From: Styela clava
Lineage: Eukaryota
Length of the DNA: 64,000 bases
Assembly (NCBI RefSeq): GCF_964204865.1
Contig: NC_135260.1
Location: 11,098,001 to 11,162,000 of the forward strand
Direction: 5' to 3'
Part shown: positions 1-12,936 of the stretch, piece by piece
Layout of the letters: every line of letters begins with the position of its first letter
How positions within the stretch are numbered: the stretch's first letter is position 1
Program-made: the position numbers and the translations under genes
The notes under the pieces: generated by a model
The model's input: the letters and a program-made list of their open reading frames with translations, nothing else
Databases searched by the model: none
Told to the model about the DNA's origin: nothing

Positions 1-718
1 ACTTGCATGAAAAACACTCATTAGGTTGTAACCAGATAAGAAATGTCATGTCCTACTCCATTTAAAGCACTTTGTATTAGCTCTTTAGTGATCCCTTAGA
101 AAAGCATGGGAAACTCAATTATCGTTTCAATAAATATCTGCATCTCGGTTACCGTTCACTTTAAACAGGCACGGTTAATTTACCAGCGGTGATAAGGAAA
201 ATCAAAATCGAGGCAGAGGATGTAACTCAGAATAAAATTAATTAGAAATATGAAACTTCGATATTCGGCAACCGCTTATACTTGCAAAAAACGGGAAATG
301 GCGGGAATATAGAATACCAACTTTAGGATATTGCCGCCGAAACGATCGCGGTGACAAAGACAATCAGCGCTTATGATGAAATTAATTATTAACCAGTAAA
401 AAAACGCTTTATTGCCGACTTTTCAATGTTTCTATCAATTTCCAAATGGAGTATCGACCTCCGACGTTCTGGATCCATGTTATGTATAAAAAATATTCAA
501 ATTATTTGATTCGAAAAAAGATTCGATTTTGCTCACCCCAGACTAACAGCCAATTAATTTAGCTTTGCTTTCTAATAAGTTTGTCAAAGCGGGTCGTAAT
601 CGTGGAGGATGCATAGTGCAGTAGCTGCTTGAGATGATCGCCAGCCTTTTTCGGGACTATTTTCGATTACTGGAACAAAATTAAAATCAAAATATCCATT
701 GAGTTATTTGATTTATAC

Positions 719-828
719 TAGGGTCACCATATTTGAAAAAGCAAAATTCCGAACAGTGCATGACTATTTTCATGACCTCGTAGTAAAAAATATGCGCACG
801 GCACGAAATCGGACGTATGGCAATCCTA
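719..828. mobile_element. Short hAT-type MITE
   Basis: Imperfect TIRs TAGGGTCACCATA / TATGGCAATCCTA; perfect 8-bp TSD ATTTATAC. Confidence 0.75.
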
Positions 829-1295
829 ATTTATACATAATGTCCGGAAATGCGACAAACACTGAAAATCCGCGAAAGCAAGCCAATGATTACAGCCATG
901 TCTAAAATCTTTCCAAGTGAAAAGTGTCCGCGTTGCGCGAAAACGCATACTGTTGCGTCACTATTGCATCTTGCAGGTTAGCCAACGCTACGCAAATAAA
1001 CACGGGGAAATCCATTTGACTAACTAATAGCCTTCAGCCTTTTAATTTCGAGTCATTGATTAGTTTTCCATGAAAACTTTTCTTTGAAAATAATTAATTT
1101 TTAAACCATTAACGAGAGCCGCAGGAAAGGTTGTTGAGAGCTGCATGCGGCTCTCAAACCCTAGTTTGAGAATCACTGCATTGGAGTGATTCTTGTCTAA
1201 CAATGATAGTTTTATTCCAAATGCATTCCGAACAGGCGAACATTGAGAGGAAAACTTTCAAAATTCATACCAAATTGTAATTTACAGTACTCTAC

Positions 1296-4200
1296 CTTTG
1301 TATCAAAGGAAATATTTTCTCAATAAATGGTTCTAAATTTTCCATGATTTCATTTTTCTTCGCCAAATTTTTGTACTTTGGAAGCGGTTCCAATAATTTT
1401 TCTAACAAACCATAAATCAAGTTTGCTTTGTCAACGTAGCCAAGAACTTCCAAATCTGAACTTTGACCTCTGTATTGAAGGAGATTCTGTAAAAGGAGTA
1501 TAGAAGTGAAAGAACATATCAATTTTTTTTAATTGAATCCCCAAAAGCAATTATGGTGCTAGCGTTTCAAGAATTTTTTTATGTGGGTCAGTGATAAAGT
1601 TTCTAACAAATATTTTATTTTTTACGAAAAAAGAAAGCCAGTCCATGCTATATAAACTAGAACTTGATAAAAAAAATCTAGTTTGTATGCTGGCATATAC
1701 ATGGTTAAATGTAGTTATACGGGGATGGTACTGTTAACCCCGAAGAGGATAAGGGTCATAAATCACATACCATATTGTCAAACAGTTTTATTTTCTGAAG
1801 TTTACTTCATCACTAACAAGTATTGTATACACAACGATAACATTTGAAGTCCTTTTCGTATGTTATATTTTTGAAAGATAAAATAAAGCAGATCACTGAT
1901 GGGATATCCAGGAATGCGAGGTACTTGGGTACTTGGGAAATCGGCCAAGAAAATGTTGGATAAGTAAAAAATTTCTTGAATTCAACTATTGAAGCCAGAT
2001 TCTGGTGTTTAACCCCAAAAGATGTGAAAAATTGGGGATATACGAGGTTACTATATACATTTGCAATTTTTTTTATTAAGTTTAATAAAAATGCTAAACC
2101 CTAGAAAAATATTAAATATTCACATCCCAATACCTCAATTTCAGCTTGAAAGAATTTCCAACCATTTACATTAGTTTGCCATTGAACCATTGCTCCTAGT
2201 TGAGTGTCAATTAGATTACCAACAGTTCCCATTGGCACCTTGAAATGATGAAAACCCCCTAGATAAAAAGAAATGACTTTTAACGAAAGAATAGACGCAC
2301 ATTAATCAGTTACATGTAGAAATTTTAGTTTCAGATCACAAATTAAACTAAAAAATAATAAAAACAAAGTAAGCAATTTAGAACTAACTGTGTATACAAG
2401 CAAATTAAGTGTACCGCCATGTTTTTGAACTTCTCATTTTTGACAAAAAAAAATTTTTTCAGAAAATATAGTTGGTTATGTAAATAATAGATGATAGATT
2501 ATTCAAGTCAAACTGAATCGCAAATTACAAAAATAACATTCTCCCAATGCAAGTAATTTCAGATAGCTATACCGTTAGAAAACAGATATAATATAACCTG
2601 CAACAAGTAGATTTTTATTCATAAGTAATTTCCAGTGAGACCCATTCTCATTGCTTTCAACATCATCTGTACCACGAGCTGCCAGATATTCTGCTACCGA
2701 GGGAAGATTCGAGATGAAAGTAAAAACCTGAGAATAATATAATCAATAATATAAGGAAGGCATTTTTACACCTTCATTCCATGAAAGACTTTGTTTGGGC
2801 AGACACTGCTACGCTTCGCAAAAGCTACTACCCGAACCCCATAGCTCTTGCGAAATTTTATACCCAATTGGGGTTGGGCACCCTGGGTAAGGTGAGTAAT
2901 CTGTAGGGCTGGGAATTTAAGGGAACATACTTTAACCATTAAGTGGATAAAATTAACTGGTTAACTGCAGCGTGACGCTTGGCGTCATAGTCATAATTTA
3001 GAATTCATACGTCTCAATGGTTTCAGAGCTATTTCGCATATTCTTATCATGGCATCGATTAAAATTATTTGAGAATATTCACAATAAACTACGATAATCA
3101 TTTATGAAGAAATTGTACTCGAGATGTCAGTTCAAGGTCAAAATAAATTGAAACTGTTAACCATCTAAAATCGGTCCTAGTGATTTGTGAGCCAACATAA
3201 TTAAGCCCAATGCTCTGACAACTAGGACATAAGCTTACAGAAATTAAAAGAATGCGTATTATGTAAACTATAAGACTATAGAACTACTGCTCAATTTCTA
3301 AAATCAAGAATTTAAAATATCACGAAATCTTGAAAAGAATTGAATGTTCAATTTGTATTGTATATTCTTATCCGTCCAGTTATCTCATACAGTTTGGAAT
3401 GCTGAGAAGTTAATGAACCCCTTCCAACCGCCTGAATTCAAACCTGTGTTATCAGCTTTTGTCACTAACCTCATAAGAAGATATTTCTCCAGATGTTAAA
3501 GCAGTTAGCAATTTCATCATTGGACTGAGATGAAGAGGAAAATATCCCGATGCAGATGATAACAAGAGATGAAGACCTGTTCCTCTTTTCTTCTCAGACC
3601 AAAACTTAAGTAAAAAATAGAAAAAGTTTAGCTCCTTCACCTATGACCGGATGAGTGAGTGTGTCCCGGCTTTGATTAAATTTTAAGTTTTGAGAAAAAC
3701 ATCGTTTAATCAAATCATTTGATTACCAGCACGTTCAATAAGGATTCAAAATGCTCATTTTATATGTCAATAGCTTAATGCTATTGTGAATCCCTGCCCT
3801 ACGCATGAGTTATCAATCAGGGCGTAGCATGTGAAGTCAATTGAATGAATTGTGAGTCGAGACTGACATTGGAAATGTGGAAAAAAATTTAAATTCTCAC
3901 CGCTTCTGCTGCTGTTTTTGAAGAGGATAAAACTTTAGTGACAGCCTCCATTAATTCTCCATAATCACCCAATGTATCTTCATGGAATGAATGAGTAACA
4001 CAAGATAATAAACGTCGAAGAACATTTCTTGAAGTTGTCGCTACAGGCTAAAGAAAACAAACAAGAAGTTTGCTACAAAAACCATACAGTTATCTATATC
4101 CAAATAGTGTAAACTTCAAGGACTGCCCTAAATTACCGTAATGTTGATTTAAATAAAACAATTCAACATATATTTTACAAAATTAAAAAAAAAAAATAAT

Positions 4201-7200
4201 TTCATTTATTTGAACATTTTATAAATAACATTCATACACATATGTAATACAGTAGAACATCCACTAACGAAAGACCCCGAATACGAAAGTTCGAAGTATT
4301 GCTTCGAATAACAGAAGAGGCTTCTAAATACGAAATACAGAAAATTTAAAACACACGCTGTTGGCCATTTAAGCAAATAGGCAACTCGATTCAGAAGTGG
4401 GGCGCCTGAACTGCTTTGTCATTGGCTGACGACCAGCGACTTTCCGCCATCCCATTGGCTCGTTTGTTTCCAGTGGGTACGTACAATGCGTCTCGCTCAG
4501 TTTCAGTTGCTGGTGAAATTCAGTGAACAAATTCAGTGAGTGAATTTAGTGGTGTGTTATTTTCGTACATTGCTCTCTCCTTAAGCTATCAACCATTTGC
4601 CGAGGGGCCGAAATCTCATTACCTACCTAATTTATTACATCCTGGGTGAAGTGGTGGGCGTTAGAGTTAAACCCGATATTTTTCATCTACAATGCCAACA
4701 TAGTTAATCAGCTACAATTGGGCCACCAGGCCGATGCGGCAACATAAAATGCAATCAACAACGTATACTTTACTGATCCATGAAAAGTTTATAACACCCT
4801 CTTTATTTATATACAAAAGCATCGAGAAATGATTAACATCAAAATAACAGATTTCGAGAATCTTACCAAATCACTTTCAACTGGATGAAGATCAGAAACT
4901 TGCATTATATGAAACCAAACTTTTTGTTCGATAACTCTTTCTCCAAGCCGTTGTGTAACATTGCTCCCAGAATCATGTAGAATCTAGAAAAATTGAAAAT
5001 GTATTCCTTGTTTCCGTACAACATACAATCGAAAAAACAAAATAAACATGAAACATGTACTGTCGAATTAATAAATCAAGACATTTGAAATTTTCATTGT
5101 TCTCAGAAAGAACACAGTTATATTCTAAATTACTCTTTATAGCCCATAAAAATCAATTGTAAACAAACTTAAAAGGTGAACACACAATTTTAGAGAAGTG
5201 AAGCCACATTATAAACCAGGAGAGCTAAAATCATAACATATTGTCTGCTAAGTAGCAGCATTGCAATTTGCACAAAAAAGAGGAAACACAATATCCTCGT
5301 CCAGATACGAGTCTTAATAAGGTATTGGAAATTGTTGACAAGTTCGTTTCATATGCATTGACTTGATTGAAAAGGGTGTCGTAACCGACCAGAGAAACAC
5401 CATGCAATGGCAATCCTCTGACACTCAGGATTTGAACCTGTGAACCATAGAGTCCTTTCAGAATAATAACGGCCATGTCTATTATTCTTATATTAAAAAA
5501 TAGATAGTTTATTTTTAAAAAACAGAAATTAAAAATGGAGAATTCTGGAGACAAGCAAAACCTATGTAGAAGTTTAAAACATGATAGATATCATGCGCCT
5601 GCCCACAAGCTAAAGATAAGATAACACCTGCTGAAGTATGAATTTTCAAATAACCTGATATCTGATAGTTGCCCATGCCAGAAGCACGGGAGATATTGCT
5701 GGTATTTCAGTCAATGAACAAAATATTTTATCAAGTTCTTTGAATTCTGTTTTCTTCTGACTTAATTTATGTTGGTCTGTACCACCGGCTTCTGCCAATC
5801 TCTGAAAGATTATCAGAACATAAAGTGGGAATAGACTAAGAAAATGAAGATTTCATTATGTTAATTACCTGATGCAATTACAATTTACAATGTCTGTGAA
5901 AATTTGATCTTAAGAAATTAGAATTCAATGTTATGTGAGAACAGCGTCTGAAAAATTTTACCCCCAAACATTCCAGTCTGAAAATTTCTTAAAAAAGATT
6001 CTTAATAGAGGTTACGGGTTGTTTTCATTGTTTTCTATGGTTAAACTACCCAAGGCAGGAATTCACGGGGTGAATCTTATTTGAACTTTTTCTAGCAGTC
6101 TTTTTGAAGAAATCAGTTAAGTGAAATAATTATCATCCAGTGAAATTTCACTATCTCATGGAAATTTTGCAAAATGAAATAACATAGCTGAAACATGAAA
6201 ATTTGGTTTTAGTTTGGTTGTGACAGCATCAGGCGGGCCAGATTGAATTACCTAACAGGCCGGAATCTGCCCGCGGGCTGTAGATTGCCCATGTCAGATA
6301 TAGAGTAATGCAAAAGTTATACCTGAAGATATTCCATGTCAAAACCTTCAATTAATATCAATTGTTGCAATATATTCAATCGAGATAGGAGATGTGCAAG
6401 ATTGCTAGTATCTGTCACTTCAAGAAGTGGATGACCAGCACCATAACCCTGATCTGAACGAGAAAATAAAATTAAGAGCCTTTTACCATTTCTTCCACTT
6501 TCAAAATTTGCAATGAAAATGTGAACCAACAACAACAACAACAACAATAACCGCAACTACAATTAAGCAAAACGATCCATTCTGTGTCTAATAAAAGTTG
6601 AGAAAAAGATTAAGACTCATAATGCCCTGAAATATGAAATACAATGAAAAATAATGATGTAACATCAATTAATTAATAAAGTTTGCAAAAATGATACAAA
6701 TTCGCATCATATTTTGGGCCCAAAGGTCAAAAGCACTGGTTACCTATTTCTAAGCAAACTAGCACTTTTACGCTTTTAAAATTTCTTCAGAATTTTTATA
6801 TCTCACAGGGTATTTCAAAATTAAAATATGCCATTTTCCTGTAATATTCTGATACATGCAGTGCACTGTTACCAGGTTACCCACCTCCAAATAAAAGCCA
6901 TGCAAAAAATATAAAATAAAAATAAATTAACATAATAAAAACTACCTTTAAATGTTTTGCCGAGTTGTAGCAAGATATCAGGAGCCATTTCAAAATGAGA
7001 GTAATACATGAATAAGATTTCCAATAGTTCACATTGTTCTTTTACTGCTTGGAGGGCAAATGGCACGATCACCTGTAACATTCAATACCCAGCTAAATAA
7101 ACCAATTCAAAAGATTATTTGATTATTATAAAATCCATAAGTGTTTCATGTAATATATGACTCCAAAAAACTTAGCAGACTTTACCAGTAAATAATATAT

Positions 7201-10200
7201 TATGAAAAACACTACAGGAATGGATTGTGCCATGAAATAGTTTAGGTTTTTTCAAAACCCTAATCAAATGGTCATATTTTCATCATGAAATAATTTTTCC
7301 ATTTTTCAATTTAATTCCAATCCAAGCAAAGATTTTGAACATGACATCTTTTGTTGGAGAGCGGGTGGTGCCAGGGTCTCCCTTTTACAAATTTCCAAAA
7401 GATCGAATAAGTCAAAATATTATTGTCAGCAAAGGAATGAAACTCACTAAACATGTGGCATAATAGCAGCAACTGTTTCAGAAGCCATTTCACAGAAATT
7501 ATCGAGGAACAATGATTCAAGTCAATAGTCATTTTGACGTGTGAAGATACATAAGTCTTTGTGGGAAAGGGCGAGGAAGCCCACAGTCGGAGGCTCAGTT
7601 TATCTATGTACCGTAATTCGGTGCTCCCGAAGTATGCGAACCAAGATGGCGGACATCGGAACGTAACATGGGTAACAGGTTAGGGTTAGGCGATAATTTT
7701 TTTCCAATTTTCCTTATTTTAGTCCTATTATCAGTTCGAAGACTAGCCAAGAGCCTCCCGTATTATCTATACCTAAAATTATGGCCTAACCCTAACATAG
7801 TACACCTATTACATTCCGATGTCCGCCATCTTGGCTCGCATACTTCGGGAGGCCTGTAATTCTTTATATTGCTAGATGGTAGGCCAGGCTTACAAAAATG
7901 AGTCTCTCTTGTGCTTTATATAGTTGAATAATAAGGAAGAATCATTTACCTGATGTGTGAAACTAGAACCCCTTGATTTAGATGAAGGAGGATCAGATGA
8001 AAATTGTTCTTTATATTGAGAAAAAATATTTTTACTGAGATCTGATTTTAAATTGTTGACAATTTCTGCATATTCTTGCTGTAAAAGAAAAATAATTCAA
8101 GCAAGTTATGTATGTAGTTGTAGAAGAGTTTTAAAACTTATATTATTTCATTTTAAATTCTCGAGTCAGAATTATACACATTATATTAGTCGGCAGTAGG
8201 ATAAATTTTCCAACCAGAATTAAAAAGCTTGCTGCATCATAGTTTTCATAATGTCCATTTATAATATAACACATAAAGCTAGATATCTTGGATAAACCCA
8301 AACTTCATTATCTAGTTAACTCAGGAGTGTTAGTAAATTTGAGGCAACCAATTTCAATGTTTAATGCTATAATATTGCAAGATTTTCAATTCATTTTCAA
8401 TTCAGACTGGTTTGGCAGCTGCGTTGAATTTGGATCATTGGTATCACAGGAAGTTAGGCAGACCAGGACAGTGGGGCAAGCTAAATTTTACGAAGAGCTT
8501 CTATTAACCTAATTGTAATCGTTCCATACATGTAAGTAGCCTATCTATTCAATATTCACAGCGGCAGTTGGAAATTTGAAGAGAGTAATAAAGCAGTTTA
8601 GAATAGGTTTCTTGTTCAAATGAATTATGTGGTGAATGATGAACGTTGGACTTGGAAAATAAATTTTCAAATCACAAATATTCCCATATTTCCATCCTGA
8701 CAAAGCAAATAATAGTTTATATCTTGGCAGACATTCATTATATCATCTCTGAACATCTCAAAACCCAAAATATACATTGATGATTAGGAATTGCAAAACC
8801 TATACTTGAGATTACAATGGTAAAATTCTATACCTGAAAATCATGAGATTTATCTTCAAAATAGCTGAGTACATGCTTTATGATTCGCAGTAAATGTAAC
8901 CTGAACATAATAAAATATTTAGAATCAAAAGAAAAGACTTTTTATTTGATAGGAAAAAATTCGATCTCTAATTTAATAACAAACAATAAAAAAATCCACA
9001 TCCCAATAGACCACTTTTCTAGTATTCTTAACTTGGCATCGAATCTTAATTAAGAATAAATAGAGCGCATTTATATTAAAATTCTGTGAAAGATGGATGA
9101 AAAAGCATTGCGCAACTTCTATGCAACGCAGTTCATAATAACCTATGATAGGTTCAGATTATCACCGAAAATGCCAGTTGTATTAGGGTCTCCATATATG
9201 CTGCACTGCTGAAGGATTTCTATGATGTTCGGAATAAATAGGAAATCTTATCTTGTGATCAATATTCAATTTCAAACATATTATAGTTCTGACATTCATA
9301 CAAAAAATGGATTGGAAAATGTAGTTTTCTTAGACACAAATTTGTTCAAAAGATTTTACCTTTCACTAAAGAAATATTCGGTTATTTTTCCGATCAATGC
9401 AAAATGACTTCTGTCATCTTCTAAAAGTTCGTTGAATTTTTCTTTTGATCCGTGAAAATCACAAAATGAATATTGAGATATCAAATTCAGCGTTTGAACA
9501 GAATCAAGGTTCTAAAAGTTTGGATATTCAGAATAAAATAATATCAAACAAGAATGAAAATATTTTAAGAATTGTATACTTTCTAAATCAGACTTGATGT
9601 GAAGATTTAAACTCTTTCAGGAAAGAAAGAAATAGGGTAGACGACGCCGAACGCAACAAAATATTCTGATCTTTTTCTACATGTATTTAACATTTTTATG
9701 CTTTCTTTGAATAAGAACAAAAAAAAAAGTACATTACAAAAATGATACCAGAAACTCTGCTAGCTTCAAACAAAATGTCTGCAGGTTGGATGAGATGCTT
9801 TTGTTATTCTTCAATTTTTTCTTTGATTCTTCGCTGTATAAATATGAATATAATTATTATACACATCCTCAAATTTTAACTTAAAATATACTAAAAGAAA
9901 TTGCATCAACAAACCCGTTTGTCTTATAGTACTTCAAACAGTTTTCAAGACATTGAATATTCTTGTTCAGTTCATTTCCAACAAGATCTGCATCTTTTAT
10001 GCACGATCTACCAACTGTGATTCTCCATAATTCCTGAAATGGCCTGAGAAACAAATAAAGTAGGCTACTATTAGTTAGAAAAATATCATATATTCTCAAC
10101 TTGAGACATGTATTTGTAACATTATCAACAGTGTAAGCAGTTACAATACATAGAACTGTACATGATATTCAGGTTAAACAAAGAGTCTAGGACAGTGGTT

Positions 10201-10743
10201 CATGAAGGGTGGGGGGGGGGGGGGGGGGGGGCATAGACAATTTTATGAGGGAGCGTGAAGCTAATTAAAAATAATGATCCTGCCGATCTTATTGTGGATG
10301 TGTACATTTTTTATTTTGGACATTTATGTTCAATCTATGTATTTTCAATGTGTTTTTGAATAAATCATACTTTTGGCTTACTATCTGGTATTTGTAATTT
10401 GCTTATTGTTAGCTACTGTAGTTATTTTGGAGGTGGGGCGCGAGACTTGACGAATTTTAAAAAAGGGGCGCGGCTTAAAAAGTTTGAGAACCACTGGTCT
10501 AAGAAAATGACATAATTTGATTGTATTCTCTCGAAATGTTTAAGTTTTGAAATACTACATTCTTTTTGTTGAGTATACATACAGTAGGATCACAACCTTT
10601 AGTTTTTAGCAGAACTTGGCATTTGAAATTAAATATGAAATAACATAAGTAAAGGATTTAGTAATTAACAAAATTATAGTGAATATGCTAAAAATTAAAA
10701 GGCAGAGTGCTTACATGGAATATGTCCTGTCATCTTCTTTCAT
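1296..10743 (-). CDS. NUP188: Nucleoporin Nup188, 5' part (15 exons visible; gene continues past the left edge)
   Basis: Manually spliced GT-AG exons keep frame: 10715-10743, 9915-10043, 9749-9833, 9360-9511, 8834-8900, 7950-8078, 6946-7072, 6323-6453, 5655-5801, 4867-4983, 3901-4047, 3470-3604, 2598-2727, 2134-2258, 1296-1486. Peptides ELWRITVGRS..LKYYK, EQCELLEILFMYYSHFEMAP, LILIEGFDME, SPVLLAWA, GYFPLHLSPMMKLL and KVPMGTVG match recalled vertebrate Nup188 in order. Confidence 0.93.
7620..7854. mobile_element. GG-terminal foldback MITE, family A copy 1
   Basis: About 70-bp TIRs (GGTGCTCCCGAAGTATGCGAACCAAGATGGCGGAC...GGTTAGGGTTAGGC); 8-bp TSD cgtaattc/tgtaattc; near-identical copy at 50438. 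Confidence 0.88.
10193..10496. mobile_element. hAT (Charlie-like) MITE with an internal poly-G tract
   Basis: CAGTGGTTC...GAACCACTG termini; TSD gtctagga/gtctaaga. Confidence 0.8.
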
Positions 10744-11308
10744 GATTTAGCAGATTGAACCAAGCAGGGTTCAATATATATCAGTCTTATAAATACTAGA
10801 GAAGACTAAATTGAAAATAAATATAAATGGACTATTTGCAGAAAATTGTGGAAAAGTAAAAACATGAAAAATATTGCAAACACACGAGGCAAAATTGTAG
10901 CAGCAAAAAGTTTAGAGGGAGCAGCCAATTATTTCAGCGCAACAAAAAATATCTGAAGTTACGGTACTCCATTTACTCAAAGGACTAATTATAAAGGGAC
11001 AGTATCCAAAAATTCAACTTCATCCATGAAGCGCTTCTCAAAGCAACTTTCAATTTGGTATGATGCAAATACCATTTATCAATACGAAAAGCATCATTCC
11101 TTTGCTGTCAATACCATACATACTTTGCTTTCTGCATAAAATTCTCTCTTTATTTTTGAAAACCTTGGCTTAGTTGATCACATAAATTAGTGTTGTAACC
11201 TTCCTATCACAGTAAAAGTATTAAATGATTTGTATCAAGCATTATGTACTATAAAATTTTATGATCATCAGCACAGAATAAATGTCTTTAAGAGTTTTTT
11301 TCACTGTA

Positions 11309-12571
11309 TCAAGAGTCATTATTCTCCTGTTTTATCTCGTTTTCAATATGGTCAAGAAGATCTTCGTTTGGAACATCGGTGATATACATTCCTTCCTCTA
11401 AACATCTTACAACATTCTTTGGAATTCTTATGGGAAGAGAAAAGAAATCCCTACAGGATTGTCTGTCATAACAACGCTGAATGATAACTCTTTGATCAAG
11501 ATATGCCAGATAATAAACATTGTTACTTTTGTGTTGCCTACCGATATTCCGACAATATCGATTCCCCCTAATGCTATATTTTACTGTGTTTTCCTCTGCA
11601 TCGTATTCTATACTACCAATATGACCAGGAGTATCGTTCGTTTGAATAAGTGATTTAACATAATCATTGAGTTCTAGACAATCAAAATCGGAGTAAAAAC
11701 TATCATGTGTAAAAGATGGAACACGCCCACTGGAGATTGGAACATTAGGAGTTCGTTTTTTGATTTCAAAAGGTATAAGATAAATATCTGTATCATCAAC
11801 ATTGCATATAAGTGAAGCATAGAATATGGATTTATTGTTGCCACATTGAGATAATTCAGGCCCAAAAATTTTGTTCGACTGAGCCATTTCTTGTGATAGT
11901 GGAACATGGAGAGTGTCGAATTCAAATTTACAATGATCTGATCTCAGTAACAAAGCTTCTTTCCCTTTTTTGCAAGACTGAAACAATCGGAAGTGACGAT
12001 TTTTTGTATAGACCGCTTTGTCCACAATGAGTTTATCTTGCCCTCCTGAATGTATCGTTAGTCTGTGTCGAAATTCAGGATTTTCACACAATTCTTCAAC
12101 AAAATCGCCGACTTCAAAATTAGATCGGAATGCAATACCTGGTATTCTGAAGATCAAATGTTGACTAAATTTTTCACTTGTACTCGAATCTAATCGTAAT
12201 ACATTCCATTCTGAACATACAATTCCAAAATCAGACTCCAATTTGTTGCAAGAAAAACAGATCAGATCATCAACAATTTTATTAGCATCAACTTCAGTAT
12301 TACTTTCTTTTAAAAACTCGAGGTCAAAATAAAGATGGCACGGTTTGTTTTCACGTATTACTTCATAAAAATGTCGAGGCCAATTATTTTTCATCATTTT
12401 CTGATATTCCCACCAGAATTTTTCGTAAGTGCAAGCAATGAATTTTCTTCCTGAGCGATTGTTTTGAAGTGAAATAACAGGTTCGACTGCAAATATATGA
12501 ATGTTTGGATCGTCTCCAGCTTCGGTAAAAGCATCATCTTGTTTGTGGTGAATATTCCAAGGTTTTTCCAT
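11309..12571 (-). CDS. PRIMPOL: PrimPol paralogue 2 (AEP primase-polymerase), intronless, N-terminally shortened
   Basis: Motif I HLYFDLE, motif II KFSQHL, motif III VDKAVYTKNRHFRL and the UL52-type Zn finger RYC..RQHKSNN..QRC..C are all present. First ATG is at 12571; the ORF track starts at a GTG at 12580, and an in-frame TGA lies just upstream. Confidence 0.88.
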   Translation of the reverse strand: MEKPWNIHHKQDDAFTEAGDDPNIHIFAVEPVISLQNNRSGRKFIACTYEKFWWEYQKMMKNNWPRHFYEVIRENKPCHLYFDLEFLKESNTEVDANKIVDDLICFSCNKLESDFGIVCSEWNVLRLDSSTSEKFSQHLIFRIPGIAFRSNFEVGDFVEELCENPEFRHRLTIHSGGQDKLIVDKAVYTKNRHFRLFQSCKKGKEALLLRSDHCKFEFDTLHVPLSQEMAQSNKIFGPELSQCGNNKSIFYASLICNVDDTDIYLIPFEIKKRTPNVPISSGRVPSFTHDSFYSDFDCLELNDYVKSLIQTNDTPGHIGSIEYDAEENTVKYSIRGNRYCRNIGRQHKSNNVYYLAYLDQRVIIQRCYDRQSCRDFFSLPIRIPKNVVRCLEEGMYITDVPNEDLLDHIENEIKQENNDS

Positions 12572-12936
12572 AAGGATCACACAAATAAATCAGTTTAAAT
12601 CTCAATAAAATGAATCCATATAAGCATTATCACAATTACATTCAATCTATAGCATAAATGGAAAAACTAAAAATGTTTAAAAGAAGAAATAGAACAAACA
12701 AACACTTTTATAATGCACCCAAAACACTTGAACATTAAAAGAGTTGGTTATAGCCAATTTCAGAATTATAAAGCACTTCCTCTCAGCCAGGGATAAGTTG
12801 AGGTAAGTTAGAAATACAGTTAAGGCCCAAAGCATTGCATGTAGGAAATATGTGAAACAGATTTTAAAAATTAGTTGGCCTTCTAAAAAAGTTATAAACA
12901 TTAGTATAGTACAAGAAAGAACGTGACTTGAGCAGA

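Noticed and set aside
5231-5554. 107-aa ORF as an extra NUP188 exon or nested gene
   Set aside because: It overlaps a degenerate SINE (GGTTCAAATCC B-box), and the flanking exons join in frame without it.
7677-7800. Interstitial telomere
   Set aside because: Only about two TTAGGG units per arm, and they are part of MITE TIRs.
10206-10231. Poly-G tract as a functional G-quadruplex near PrimPol
   Set aside because: It lies inside a hAT MITE, homopolymer length is unreliable, and its proximity to PrimPol is likely coincidental.
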